A DNA stretch of 64,000 bases from Chara braunii (GCA_003427395.1 BFEA01000029.1:2148951-2212950); one strand, 5' to 3'; shown: positions 24,601-38,349, numbered from the stretch's first letter. The notes: generated by a model not told the origin, from the sequence alone. Translations and numbers: made by a program.

Positions 24601-27115
24601 GTCTAACAACTTGGAACCCCTTTGCATTGTCGATGCTGCAAGAAAGCTACTACAGATTTCTTATAGCTACTGTGGTGTGTGCCGAGATTTCTCTTCTTGC
24701 TTTTCGGTCGCCATTAGCCTCACAACCAAGACGGAGCTATGAAAGAACAAACATTTCTCACTAATGGGTCGCATGTTAGCCATTAACAATGTGGTCTTAG
24801 CTTTAATTTGGTAAAAATCAGCACTATGGGCACTAGACAAGGCATCCCTAAAAGTGTTTCAGCAACAACTAGCTGCTTTTCTATGGAGAGGTAACCACAA
24901 ACTTATAAACGTGATCAGCAGAGTCGCGTGACAATCAATTATCCAACCTAAGACTGGGGGGCTAGGGATCATTGATCCGGCTACTCAGGCATGACTCTAT
25001 CTGTCCAATGGATTAAGAGATTGCTCTTGAACCCCCAAACCCCTTGATCTACATTAGCTTGGGAAAAAATCAAAAGGTTAGCCCCCCCAACATCTGATGG
25101 TAATGATCTAATGATGTGGCTACAAAACAGATCCTGGCCTTTGCCTAGGAGGTCCCCCTATCATATACCAGATAAAGAGCTCTTAGATAGACAAGCGGCG
25201 ATGAATGATCTATGTCATGATTCTTTTTGGGTCACCCTTCTCCAAACATGGAGAAAACTCCCTCTGACAGACAAAATTTCCCCAGACCGATGGAAAGAAG
25301 TATGCCAACAACCCCTTTTTGATAACAAATGGATCAGAGATGCTCAAGGGTATATGCTTCACTGCATGGAGTCACCTTGGAAAGGTTGGGTTAGAAAAGG
25401 AATCATAAGAGTCAAAGATATTTGGGATGAGGACACAAATGATTGGATTGAAACAGCCATAATGCAAAGGCGCCTTCACTACTGCCACCACCCTGAAGAG
25501 GCCTTCAAAAAGATCATTGACTTCATCCCATTAGAATCCTCAGAAAATGACCCATATTGGAGATTAATGACTAGGTGGCAATCAGAGGACAACCCCAAGA
25601 GGTTGGCTCAATCCTAGATAAATATACGAGCGGGGACGTCCTATTGGAGCTCTACGAACTAAGACAAGATAATTTCATTCTTTTAAAAAAGAATGGTCTG
25701 GTCAAGTGGGTTAACGATAGTCAAATCTTTAGAATCCGGGTGTTAAAGACAAAAAATCACCAACTAGCCTTCAAACTTGATACCCCCATCTTCAAATTGG
25801 CTCTAAACCCAATTAACGGGATGTGGGGCTCACCAAAAGGGAATAATGGAGTCACCAAGAATAACAAATCATTCCAACGAAATATACATACTTTAAGAGT
25901 GAAGTCCACATACCGAATGCTGAGAGTAAAAATCGACCTATAATATAAAGTATCGGAGAGATAGATGAAACATCTCAATCTCAGCAAATAAGAAGTCAGC
26001 CGAATAAAATGGTTCAGACTTATGAGAGCAAAACCAGCATAGTTTGTATCCCTTCAATGGCAAATTGAACACAAGTACCTTCCCACTAACGATTGGCTAA
26101 TAGATACATCCTCTCTATAACATAAAGGAATTGTTATACACTGGTGTCGTTTTTTTAAGTCTGTTTTTCCTCATAAGTTAATCCTGTAAACAACAAAACA
26201 TATGTTCATGCAATGCCCTGGACCCATAAGGATGTGGAGATGGTGAGACCGAATATAGAGTCAATTTCACCCATTCATCCCCTGGTCGTGGGACTAGAAA
26301 GCTATCTTACTAGAATCTTGGGTGTCTGAACCTTTTGAAGAGTTCACACAAAATCTATTCACTGTTCGAAGGACGGCGATCATGTGGGCTATATGGTTAA
26401 GGAGATGCACCTTCGAAATTGAAGGAGCCAGATTAGATGGTCCGGAATTCACTTAAACAATCAAACGACAGATCCAAACGGAGCTTTTCAATTAATGGGA
26501 ACGAACAAAAAATAAAATACAACATCTATCTGCTAAATTTGAAATTCTCAAACATATAAAACATTTTAGTCATAGCAAGCTTAGTGGGAACCAAGGAAGA
26601 AAGTTGGGGGAAATTAAATGGGAAGGGGGAAAGAGTCCTTAAAATGAAGGATTTTGCAGAGATTACAGACTGTTTTTCCATGATTGGAAAGTGGTGGACC
26701 CTTCAATCCCCCTTCACTCTGTCGCAGATTTCCCAGATCCCTTCCCTCCACCACCAATGTCTATGGTCCCAAGTTTTTGATACGGATATGATTGACCTCT
26801 GGAAGATGCTGGATCTCAAAGTCTAGGTGTTATGGAAGAATAACTAATCAGTGTCGTGGAATAGTTACTAACTTGATATGGTTAGATCTGGCGCCCTCTC
26901 AAGTGGGTGAGGAGGTAGCTGTTTTCAATCTGGTTCAGGCACACATCAATTTATGTTGGAATGTCAGGAGTTGTTTTCAAGGGACGCTGGACCCGTTTTC
27001 CAGCAGGTGCTGCTCCCCACCAATAGATGGAGCCCACCTGGGAATGCTAGTGGTGTCTGCTCTTACCAGCACCCCTAACATCTACCCGGGTGGTTTTGTT
27101 AAAAAAAAAAAAAAA
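24601..27115 (+). mobile_element. 5'-truncated decayed L1/Tx1-like LINE (ORF2 C-terminal part, 3'UTR, poly(A))
   Basis: SLMGRMLAINNVVL, GGLGIIDP, QPLFDNKWI, VKDIWDE and HMFMQCP. A-tail at 27101-27115. Confidence 0.9.
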
Positions 27116-27713
27116 CATAGCCAGTCTGTATAAAGACAGGGAGCTAGCCGGCCGCAGCCTCCATACCCCTCTCCCTTCATTCCAACCTCCACCCCTTTCC
27201 GGACCTTTCTTTCCGCTCCAAGGCCCAAGTTGTCAAGCATGCCTCTGCTATTTGGCGGATCTGTTTTTCCGGCCAACAACATCTTCTTGATTGATTCTGC
27301 TGCCTCCAGGTTTCGACCAAACCACATCGAATCGGTTTTCTCCTCTCCTTCCGCCGTGTTGTTGTTTTTTTTTTTTCCATCATGTTTCTCCCTTTATATT
27401 GGGTGAAAAATCCAAATTGAGGGTGAAAGGGCCTGCTCAGTCAGTCACCCTAGTTTTCAGGGTATTCAATGTTGGTAGACTGCACAATCATTTTTTCATC
27501 CTTCTATTTGTGGACTACACTGGACCAAACACAGGTCCTGCTCAGTCAATCCCCTGGTTTGCAGGACAATCAATGCTGGCAGACCCCACAATCACTGTTC
27601 TCATTTTCTCAATATACCCCATTTTTTGTATATGGGATGCTGGACCCGTTTTCCAGCAGGTGACACTCCCCACCAATAGATGGAGCCTCTCCCTTGGTGT
27701 TAAAAAAAAAAAA
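27116..27713 (+). mobile_element. LINE 3'UTR-only fragment with the conserved motif and poly(A)
   Basis: Ends in ggatgctggacccgttttccagcaggtg...ggagc followed by an A-run at 27702-27713. Confidence 0.65.
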
Positions 27714-28935
27714 GAGCCTCGCGAAAAGGGTTCGACCGGCGACGGGCGCTGCGGCCTGCGGCTGCACTCAGTCCCCGCGTTGCTTACCGCTTCAGTAAGC
27801 CTGTGTGGCGGCGGACGTTCTCAAAGCGAAAACGTTTCCGTACGTGATACCTCCTTCCCTTCGTCTCGACGAAGGGCTATGGTGTCCCCAATATAGTGAT
27901 GGTATCAGTAGACAGTTTACGTCTCCATGAGTCTGACAAACCCCTCCTGTCCGAGTTATAGCAAGTATCTCATGTAGACCCTTACTTTCCATCCATCTTC
28001 CATAGTGAAGCAAAGATTCGCTGATGTAGGGTTAGCATTGAGCCAAAACGTACTCCCAGCAAGAACAGGATGCCAAGTCTCAAGTTCCCGGTAACTACCA
28101 CCAACTGGAAGAGGACAAAGTGAAGGAGATGATTCGAGCCTATTATGAGGAGGGGATTCTCCCTACCTAGATTAACTCCGGGGAGATGGTGGTGGAAGGA
28201 AGGGAGGCCAAATTTGTCTTGAATGTTGCAGTGGACGGAATCAAAGTGTAATGGTTCGGAGCTCGCTTCCTTCCGAAGAACGTGAAGGAGGATCTGGTCA
28301 GAGCATATGAGGACGTCTGGATCCGGGACGAGACCTTCAGTCAGCAGTTTAAGACGGGGAGAATCAAGGTAGAAAGTCCCAACGACGTTTTGTATATTCC
28401 AAGATCCCAAAAGATTACCAACTGGATGCTGGCTAAACGCACGGACTTCATCAACCTATCTGATACGACCTACCGCACGAAGTTTAAGTCGTGGATGATG
28501 AGAGCGGAGGTTCGAGATTGGAGAAGAATTGTGGATGAGAACACCTTCTGGGTGGTAGTAGTTGGCGTACCGCTCGACGAGATGGCGTTCATCTACACTC
28601 ATGTTGAAAGGGGAATTGAAAAAATCATCAAGCACCATCAGCCAGAGACCTATGAATCCCCCTCAGCGGCGGCCATCCGCGGCCGAATCCGCGGACACGG
28701 CTAGTCCGCGGACCCCGCGGACGCGTCCGCACGGCTTTGAAGCCACGCAGCGGCCGCGGGGGAGCAACTTTCGAAATTCAAGATATGCCACGTGGCGGCG
28801 CATCCCCGGCCCCACCCCCTGAGACAAAAAAAAAAAAGAAAAATATCAACTTTTGGTGGGGGGGGTATGGGCGAAATTGAACGAAATTGGAAAAAAAAAA
28901 AAACGCGTTTTTTTTTTTTTTTTTTTTCTTTGTTT

Positions 28936-28970
<35 letters not shown>

Positions 28971-29994
28971 GGGGGNNNNNNNNNNNNNNNNNNNNNNNNN
29001 NNNNNNNNNNNNNNNNNNNNNNNNNNNNNNNNNNNNNNNNNNNNNNNNNNNNNNNNNNNNNNNNNNNNNNNNNNNNNNNNNNNNNNNNNNNNNNNNNNNN
29101 NNNNNNNNNNNNNNNNNNNNNNNNNNNNNNNNNNNNNNNNNNNNNNNNNNNNNNNNNNNNNNNNNNNNNNNNNNNNNNNNNNNNNNNNNNNNNNNNNNNN
29201 NNNNNNNNNNNNNNNNNNNNNNNNNNNNNNNNNNNNNNNNNNNNNNNNNNNNNNNNNNNNNNNNNNNNNNNNNNNNNNNNNNNNNNNNNNNNNNNNNNNN
29301 NNNNNNNNNNNNNNNNNNNNNNNNNNNNNNNNNNNNNNNNNNNNNNNNNNNNNNNNNNNNNNNNNNNNNNNNNNNNNNNNNNNNNNNNNNNNNNNNNNNN
29401 NNNNNNNNNNNNNNNNNNNNNNNNNNNNNNNNNNNNNNNNNNNNNNNNNNNNNNNNNNNNNNNNNNNNNNNNNNNNNNNNNNNNNNNNNNNNNNNNNNNN
29501 NNNNNNNNNNNNNNNNNNNNNNNNNNNNNNNNNNNNNNNNNNNNNNNNNNNNNNNNNNNNNNNNNNNNNNNNNNNNNNNNNNNNNNNNNNNNNNNNNNNN
29601 NNNNNNNNNNNNNNNNNNNNNNNNNNNNNNNNNNNNNNNNNNNNNNNNNNNNNNNNNNNNNNNNNNNNNNNNNNNNNNNNNNNNNNNNNNNNNNNNNNNN
29701 NNNNNNNNNNNNNNNNNNNNNNNNNNNNNNNNNNNNNNNNNNNNNNNNNNNNNNNNNNNNNNNNNNNNNNNNNNNNNNNNNNNNNNNNNNNNNNNNNNNN
29801 NNNNNNNNNNNNNNNNNNNNNNNNNNNNNNNNNNNNNNNNNNNNNNNNNNNNNNNNNNNNNNNNNNNNNNNNNNNNNNNNNNNNNNNNNNNNNNNNNNNG
29901 CGCGAGCGCGAGCGCGAGCGCGCGCGCGCGCGCGCAGCTCCCCGCGCCGCGCTGCGCAGCCCCCCAAGCAGCTCCCCACGCAGCTCCCTCTCTC

Positions 29995-30041
<47 letters not shown>

Positions 30042-30044
30042 CTC

Positions 30045-30097
<53 letters not shown>

Positions 30098-33050
30098 NTC
30101 TCACACACACACACACACACACACTCACTCACTCACTCACTCACAATCAATCAATCAATCAATCAATCAATATCAATCAATCAAACCTTTTTTTTTTTCA
30201 AGTTTTTTGTTTATTTATTTTTAAATTTTGCATTTTTATTTTTCTAACATACCTCATACCCCTGCAAAAAATAGAAATTCATTTCTCAAAAATACAGGTG
30301 AACTTAGGGACCATATATCTGATGATAAAAAATGGCAAAAAAAAAATCCAGCTTTTCTTTATATTTTGTTTTTAATTTTCTTTAAATCGAATTTAGTTTT
30401 TGATTTTTAAAAAATCCTAAACAAAGTCGGATTCCCAAAACAAAAATATGGGGTTGTAGGGCTTAAATTTCCCTACAACCTTTTTTTTTTTTTTTTTGGC
30501 GGGGGGCTATTATTTAAATCATGAAAAATCTGGTAAAATCGGGTCCGAGGCGCGGAGGCGGCCGTGAATACGTCCGCCCTCTGAGCTCGGCCTTGCGGAC
30601 GCGTCCGCGGGTGTTTCATAGCCAGAGACGGACGAGACAAATTCGAAGCTAGTCAACCTTCGGTTTAACTTGGATCCACCGACAAGGGAAAACATGAAAG
30701 ATAAGATCTGGATCCCGACCCACCAGGGCGATTTGTTGGAAGTTCGAATGGCGTCGGCAGAATCCGAATGGTGCAAGAGGTGCCACACTTTCTTCCATCT
30801 GGAAGAAAACTGCAGACGCAGCAATCGACAAAATCAAGGCGACGCAACATCAAGACCCCAGCAAGCCTCCTCGGCACATGCTGCGGGTGGCTTCACCCGT
30901 CCGTCGTATCAAGGCCCCCTCGAGGCCCCAGGCACAACCACTCGTCAGGACGTGTCCGCAAACTCATCAGCTCCAGCAGCCACTGCTCAACCAACTGTTC
31001 AGCCAGAAGTTCCACCGGGCTCCACATCTGAACTCAGCCCTATCTTCTCCTTAGGAGTTACTGTGTGCCAACCGATGCAGGGCACGGTCTTCCAAGGCAA
31101 TGTGACATCAGGTCAACCAAACCCATGGGCGGCCTTCTTCCAAAATATGTAGATGCACCCATTTGCATGGCAACAAGCTCAAACGCACCTCGATCCAACC
31201 CTGATGGGTAACCCATCCTTCGTCAACCTCCATGCCTATGCTCGGTGGAATCAAACCCTTGGAGGCCAAGGCGGTTCCAACTTGGCTGGTGGGTCAAGAA
31301 TCAACAACTCCAACGACCCCCCATCTAGAACTGCTGCGTTGGGCCCTAGCGGCTTCCACGTACGAGGAGAATCCCCCAGCAAATAACGACGAGTGAGCGA
31401 TGCAGGCGGAATCGACATTCAGGTGGACGGACTCCAGCCCGATCCTTCCGCCACCTCCAGTGAGGGTTCATACCATTCTTTTATCTCCGGCGGCCCACGT
31501 GGCAATGCCACCTCATCAGGTAAACGTAAATCGCATCGTCCCCGTACTGACGCCCTTTCGAAAGGCCAATCAGTGTTGGAAACCAAGCTTCTCTCCATAG
31601 TCTGTGTCTATGTTAGGAACACCTTTTGGGTTGGTGCTTGGACTGGATCAGATGGAACCCCATGGTTGTTTAACACTTCCTGTCCCGATCCCCCAATGCC
31701 CCATGCTAAAGAATCGATGTCTTGTACTTTATTCCAAAACAAATTCACCTTGCGAATCATCGCTGAGGTGAGTCAGGTCTCTATGCCCCGCTCCCTGGTT
31801 GATGTTGCAGGAAAACAGGCGAAGTTTTTTGCCCCGCTGTTCGATGGCGGTTTTATTACAGGACAACTAGAACAGTTGGAGTCTGAAGGCCTTTGCCTCA
31901 TCCCCTTTGTATGATTTCAAAGCCAGGAAACTTGAGCTACGCCGTATTCGCATCTCCCCAGTATTAACTGTCGAGTTGCTATACGAACTGGATGCAAAGC
32001 TCCTGAAAGAGCGAAAATTGGATTCCTCTTTCCTCAAGCAATCCCTTACTGACCCATGGCTGGTAATACAAGTCCCGGTTCAACAAGCCGCCCGTATCCG
32101 ACAACCCTCAGGGGCCGCTCCGGTGAATGGGTAAACTTAATGTTGCCATGTAGAATGTTCGGGGCCTTAGGGACACAACAGGCAGGAACAAGCGAGGCAG
32201 GTTAAAAAGTTGGATCCATGATTAGAAATTCGACATTGCCTGTGTTCAAGAGACTAAGTTATCGGAAGAGAAGATCGGGGACTTAGGATTATGGTGGGAC
32301 GCACCCCAAATATGGTTCCCAACCGTAGGTTCGAGAGGCGGGGTCGCAATCCTCCTCCATAGGAACTCTGATTTTGAAATCATCAACTACTATGATGATC
32401 TCTAGGGTAGATGGGTCTGGGTAAAGTATGGATAAAAGACCGGGAATGGGTAGCTGCGACTGTCTATGCTCCAGTTGACTGTTCAGATCGCAAGCGTTTT
32501 TTCTATGATCTACCTTCCATGATTCCACAATTTGAGAACCTGATTGTCACCGGAGATTGAAATACTTCCCAAGACAAGCAAGAGGGAGTGCGAGGTCACT
32601 CACACGTGAGTGTGCTTTTGGAAACGATTTCGGATTTGGACCTTGTGGAGCCATATCGTCTCATGCACCCAGATTCCCTGGTTTCACCTGGTTCTCGAAT
32701 GTACGAGAAGGAATAGGGGTAATGCATAGACGACTAGATTTCTTTCTTGTCTCCCCCGACACATGGAATGTCACGGTAATGGTAGAAGAGTCGTTTCACC
32801 CCATGTCTGACCATAAGCCAGTGACTGTCACTTTCAACTCCACGAAACCAACCAGAGGCCCCGACTACTTTAGGGTCAATACACAGATTTTGGTAGAATC
32901 AGGGATAGTGGACTGGATGACACGCTTCTGGGAGGACTTAAACTCGAATGCTGATTACTTTAAGTCCAAAGCTGAGTGGTAGGATGCAGGTTCCCACATC
33001 TTATCCAAACACCTCAGCGTCTTCTCTCGCATCCTAGCGGTCGGGCAAAA
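27714..33050 (+). mobile_element. 3'-truncated L1-like LINE (5'UTR, ORF1 with CCHC knuckle, APE endonuclease)
   Basis: ORF1 CKRCHTFFHLEENC. Endonuclease NVRGL, QETKL, GGVAIL, FTW, RRLDFFLVS, SDHKPV. No RT is present. Confidence 0.9.
28650..30621. mobile_element. Non-autonomous TIR DNA transposon with an 8-bp TSD (hAT/P-like), microsatellite-filled, spanning an N gap
   Basis: TIRs CTATGAA...TTCATAG, with TSD CCAGAGAC at 28642-28649 and 30622-30629. Removing it restores host ORF1 (HQPET/DETNSKL). Confidence 0.9.
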
Positions 33051-33084
33051 AAAACAAGAACTCACTTTAATTAAAAAAAATCAA

Positions 33085-33715
33085 TTTTCTCACCTGCTGC
33101 GGATCTTTGTCAAAGTTTGGAGCCCCACCGAGATGGCTATGTTGCACCTACCTCTCTCCGTCCCTTTTCCTGCTGCTTCCCAGCTATGGCTTTTGCATCC
33201 GCTTTTCCTTTTTTTCGGTCAGCTCCCCCCCCTCCACCATGTCGTTCGTCCTCCCCTTCATGCAGCTTCGCTTCGGCAGTTGTCTCTCGCTGATACCAAC
33301 GAAAACCTGCTGCGTCACGTGCGCTAAGCGAGCGTCAATCGGTATTTTTCAAGTAAAACGTATTGATTGAATATTTTTCCTTCGGTTGAATTTGTATTTT
33401 AACAGTTCATGAATGTTTGTCAGACTTTCGATCCATTAAGTATGCAATTTCACATTGGCTGATCCGATAGCAGCCCCCCTTTCCCCCCCCTCCCCCTCCC
33501 TCTTCCTGTCTGTCTCTGAGTATGGTCTCCAACAGTTGCCGAAGATGCTCATACATAGACTCGCCCTAAATGCATGGGCCTTGGAGGCGTGGGCCTGTGG
33601 CACTGGCACTGAGGAATTGGACTTTGTCTCATTGCTTTAGCAAAGGTGGGAAGCTATAAGAGACAGAAAAAGGGTCAGTATGGCTTTGCCCGCATGACAA
33701 AGCAGGTCAGTTTAT
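33085..33715. repeat. Dispersed non-coding repeat; inverted homolog at about 56575-57170
   Basis: Extended collinear similarity, for example gccccaccgagatggctatg vs catagccatctcggtgggg. Confidence 0.9.
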
Positions 33716-34329
33716 TTGATCGCATCACTCTAACACACGCGGATAGTGAATCCATTTTTCAAAGAAGCACGTAAACACTGCGTTTCAATATTATCAAACT
33801 GAAGATTCGGGGGGGTCGATCCCTTCCCCCCTCCCCCCCCCCCGTTCGGACTGTTCCAGTCATTCGGTAGCCCCAGACGTTCGAGGGTTATCCCAGATGT
33901 AGGCTTAAGATTCGTTTTTTTTTTAGGGGGGGGGGAGGGGGGGGGGTTTGAGATTCCCCTGCTCGTAAAGTTTTTGCCTGACAAATTTTATGTCATTCTA
34001 ACAAACAAACAAAAAAAAAAACTCAAAATCACAAAAAAATGGAGGTGAAACATATTGATTAGCCCCTCATTTTTTTCATTTTTTCTTTCAACTTTGCTTC
34101 CCCCCCCAAACCCATTTTTTTTTTTATCCTGCCAATCAGTCAGTCAATCACTCAACAATCAATCCATCAATCAACCAATCACTCAATCAATGGTACTTAA
34201 GCTGGGTGAAACTGTATGGGGTAGACGGTGTTATGTCGGCGAGGAGTTTCCTAAGTTATGCTAACTAAGCGGGCTCCGTTAAAAGTCAAAAACCCCATGA
34301 TTCACTTGATTGCTACTGTGGCCTGACAA

Positions 34330-34880
34330 TTGAGGAATGTGGGGGGGTGGGGTAGAGGCACAGGATGGGGCATCGAACAATGATATGCCAACTGGCTTAA
34401 ACCAGTTCGTACAACTATGTACCTCATGGAATGATAGGTATAGAATCAAATCCTCCTTTGACCTGGTAAGTTAGGATCAAGGTGAAGCGATTTGGACAAA
34501 CAAAAATTCAATTGGACAGCCATCAAACCGAATTCGCCAGTTCGATTTTCCTATTTATTACATATGGAGAAAGATGATCCCTGACCCGCCATGGCTGTGG
34601 TCATGGAGGGCCATTCTCACAGGTTTCTGGCCAACGGACCAAGTGGCATCTGACTTTGTGGAGAACATGTTTAAATTGGGACGGAGAGCAATCTTATGGG
34701 ACTTTAGTGGCAACGGTGTCTCCTGGCTATAGAAGCGGTGAGGGCAGAAGGGTCAAAAGTAACTTATGTCTAGAAGAGCATCATAAGCAAAGTTAGTGGT
34801 TTGTACGATGCGATACTAGGTAAAATGTTATGTCTAATATTGCATCATAAGCAAAGTAAGTGGTTTGTACGATAGGATAG
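34330..34880 (+). mobile_element. Decayed LINE ORF2 C-terminal fragment
   Basis: IWRKMIPDPPWLWSWRAILTGFWP resembles the C-terminal region at about 23400-23480. Confidence 0.6.
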
Positions 34881-35281
34881 GTCAAAGGTTCATAGGTAAA
34901 ATGTTGTTCTCCTGATGCAGTTGGTCATTCACTTTTTGGAAATCAAAGATGGGATCATAATTGAAGTAAGGAATACATGCTCGTCTAAAATATGATCTGG
35001 AACACAAATTTCTATTTGATTGCACGGCTATGACTGCCATCTCGTTCTCCAACCCGTGCCTCTCACCACGCAAGATTAGGAATTTTGTTACAACTATCCT
35101 ATAGATCACTCTTTTGTAGCTATGCCATAAACTTTGAAGGAGAAACTGGTTGGATAGTTATTTGATAATTATTTGCCCAGACACTCCTACATGTCCTCAT
35201 GCCTTTATAGTAATTATCTAGCTTCAAAGTAGTCACTCCTTTCCAAGGGCAGCACAGGCAATGGAGTTTGTGCATGCGTGT

Positions 35282-35336
<55 letters not shown>

Positions 35337-35434
35337 TTCCACACGGGTTGTTATGTGGGGCATCAGTGGGAGATTAGCTCTTGTATTTTCATGGGCATGG
35401 GAAAAGTTGAGGGGGCGCAGAACTTTCCTGTGGC

Positions 35435-35486
<52 letters not shown>

Positions 35487-35508
35487 TACATCTTAGTTAG
35501 TCAAGAAA

Positions 35509-35588
<80 letters not shown>

Positions 35589-36599
35589 TGATCGATTGAT
35601 CGATCGATCGCACGCTAATGGTTTGGCGATGGTTTGTTTTTTCTCGGCGGACCTCCCCCAGGCGTGCCTCCCTCAAACTTCGCCACCTTCAGCGAACAGC
35701 ATTACCCACGTCGAGTCCGATTACTGGGCGTTAGACTCTATTTCGAGTGGGTGTTGGACTTGATTTCGAGAAGGCACCGGTACCTGCCATCCAATCTGAA
35801 CATCTCACGACCCACTCTGACCGCGTTGAAAAATACTCGAAAGGGAGACTAAACCCCCACTACTAGGACTTGCCCCTACGGCCCAGTGTGGCCACATTGA
35901 AAAATATTTTTAAACGTGGACACACTTGGTCGTGGCGGCAAGTCCAAGTAGCGGGGGTTTAGGGCCTCGCCACACCACTCGAATCTCGAAAATTCGAGAG
36001 TTGGGCACCGCCACACAACCTCGTGAGAAAAAAAACTCACATCTCTTCGACAGCTGTCAGAAAGCATTTTTTTTTTTTTTTTTTTTTTTTTTATGAAGTC
36101 GCAGTTTATATTATAGAAAATTGGAGAACTGAGGCCGAGAATCCCTCAACATCTCAACCTGGAATTCCAAGGGCCAATACCCAGTTTAGGCTTTACTTGA
36201 AACCGGGTCCAATGTCCCATGTATGGCAACTTCAACCAAAAAAGAAAATCGCGGCTGGACTAACAAATTCCAAAACCAGAAATAAGAGAGGCAACCACTA
36301 AGCAAATTAACCAGTTATTCTGCTATTCTGACTGGGAACCTTACCCAGCTTCGCTTAAAGATATTACACAAAAGAGGACAGTTCTCGGACTACCTCCAAT
36401 GAAGAGACCTTGCTTACATTGGCAGGAGACCATAGCCTAATGTGACTAGCCAAGAAACGACAAATACCCAATGATCTAACTTGAAAGCAAACTACAGAGT
36501 TTTATCTGGAGCAGGTGACATACAGAAATCCGAAGGAAGATCCATCAAAACCAAAAGAGAGGCCCGTCGGATCAGCTAATATCTGTGTGGAGCCGGGGT

Positions 36600-37985
36600 T
36601 GTCATGGCGAGGTTTCCCACCTTGTACCCTTGAGACTCTGTAGGGAGTACCGTATTCGAGGTACTCTAGATCTCAATGGGTACAACCCATATTTGCTTTT
36701 TTATCAGCTAAATGATAATCGGTCATGCCCTAAGTAGCTCAGCAACGCTGCCACAACCACGAGTAGGTCTCCCACTACCTCCAGTCGTTCCGTTGCCTCC
36801 TACGAATAAGCCCAGTATAGATACCAAAGGAGAATAACTTAGCAAGGAACTATCAGGTGTGTTACAAACTAGAGGTGACCAAGCAAAGGAACGAACACCA
36901 ATAATCCAAGTTACACCGTAATGAAGCCAAGCAACAGAAGAAACACCAACAATCTAAATTCACACCATAGTGAAGCCAAGCAACAGAAAAAGCACCAACA
37001 CTCTAAGTTCACACCGTAGTGAAGCCAAGCAACAAAAAGAGCACCAACACTCTAAGTTCACACTGTAGTGAAGCCAACCTCCGACAAATATTTTGTTCCT
37101 TCAACGGAGAGGGGTGTGCTAGCGAGCGTGGTACAACTAGAGCCTGGAGATGGAGGGGAGCAGGGATCTAGTCTGTCAATCCGGTCAGATGCAAAACGCG
37201 AAGAAAACTACACTACAGCCCAAGCTAGAGGAGAAATAGGAAACAGACCTATGAATTCGGTTGCAAACAAACCAGCGTACTGATGTCAACAGGCGAGGAC
37301 GAGAGATGAGCAACAACGCGTGCAATCAGTGAGGGGGCAGCAGTCGGAGTTATCCAGGATTAAGAATTTTGAGGAGCCGATGCAATACTAATAGCCTAGC
37401 AATTGGCAAGTTATGGGCCTACCATGTTTGTGAGAGGAAAAAGGGGTGAATCCAGCCATAGAAAGGGACTGAATACAGGCCGTTGGAAACGAGAAGAGCA
37501 ACCAAGATTAGGTTCGAAGTCCCAGAGAGTGGCACAAATGGCTTATAGAAGGGAAGGTAATTCCACGTTCGAAGGAACAAAGAAACGGCTCAGATAAGGA
37601 GGAGCCGGTATACCTAAAGCAGGGAAGGGTAGATAAAGTGAATGTCTCTACGTGTCATCGTGACCTCCGGTCGAGACTAATGCTCTGGTCCCTTTGCACT
37701 ACTGGAAACGCTCCCACGACCACCAGTGAAACTCCTACTCCCCAAAGGTGACGTTGTCCTGTAAAGCTTCAAGTCTTCTCTCACTTCGAGTCTCCACGCT
37801 CCCGGTTGAGGTAGTCGCTAGTACTTGGCTTGTGCTCCTCACAACAGCAGTCCCACCACTACCAGTTGCCCTCCCACTGCTCCCGGAAGTGCCGCTGTCT
37901 GACTCACCATTCACCGTGCACTGGACTCACTCTCCCTTCTTTGTGCCGTTGGTCATGTATGTTTCCCAAAAACGGGGTTCATACA
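36600..37985. mobile_element. Solo LTR (1386 bp)
   Basis: Termini TGTCATG...CATACA, with 5-bp flanks GGGGT/GAGGT (a TSD with one mismatch). Internal tandem repeats of about 48 bp at 36880-37075. Confidence 0.8.
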
Positions 37986-38349
37986 GAGGTTGCAATTGCC
38001 TGAAATTTGAGCGTTGAAGGTTGTAGAGGGTTCCGGAACCACCCTGCTCCCTGGTATTCCACAGGGAGACACAGCCCCTTGTCGAGGCTGAGGGAGATGG
38101 CCGAACCTCGGGAGTACCGAGTACTCCATAGCTCCATCCCACACCCCGTAATCCGCGCCTTGCTGCCGACGCAGAGCGCCGTCGTTTCCGGACGGCGCTA
38201 TCATCGGTAACGCAGCCCTTCCACGAAGCGCTCCCATCCCGCCCCAGAAGGCGGGTTTCAAGGGCCTTCTCGAAACGATGTTTTCGCCCAGCCTGCAGCT
38301 TCGGGTTTTTCGTGATACCGCCCGTGGACGCTAGAGTTCGTGGTCCATT

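Noticed and set aside
27845-27908. Possible HDV-like ribozyme in a LINE 5'UTR (TGATACC/GGTATCA enclosing two hairpins)
   Set aside because: I could not build a P3 stem or a convincing P1, and the catalytic C position reads T. It is structured but not HDV topology.
28846-30375. Long ORFs across 28.9-30.4 kb and 53.1-54.8 kb
   Set aside because: They are artefacts of N gaps and simple repeats.
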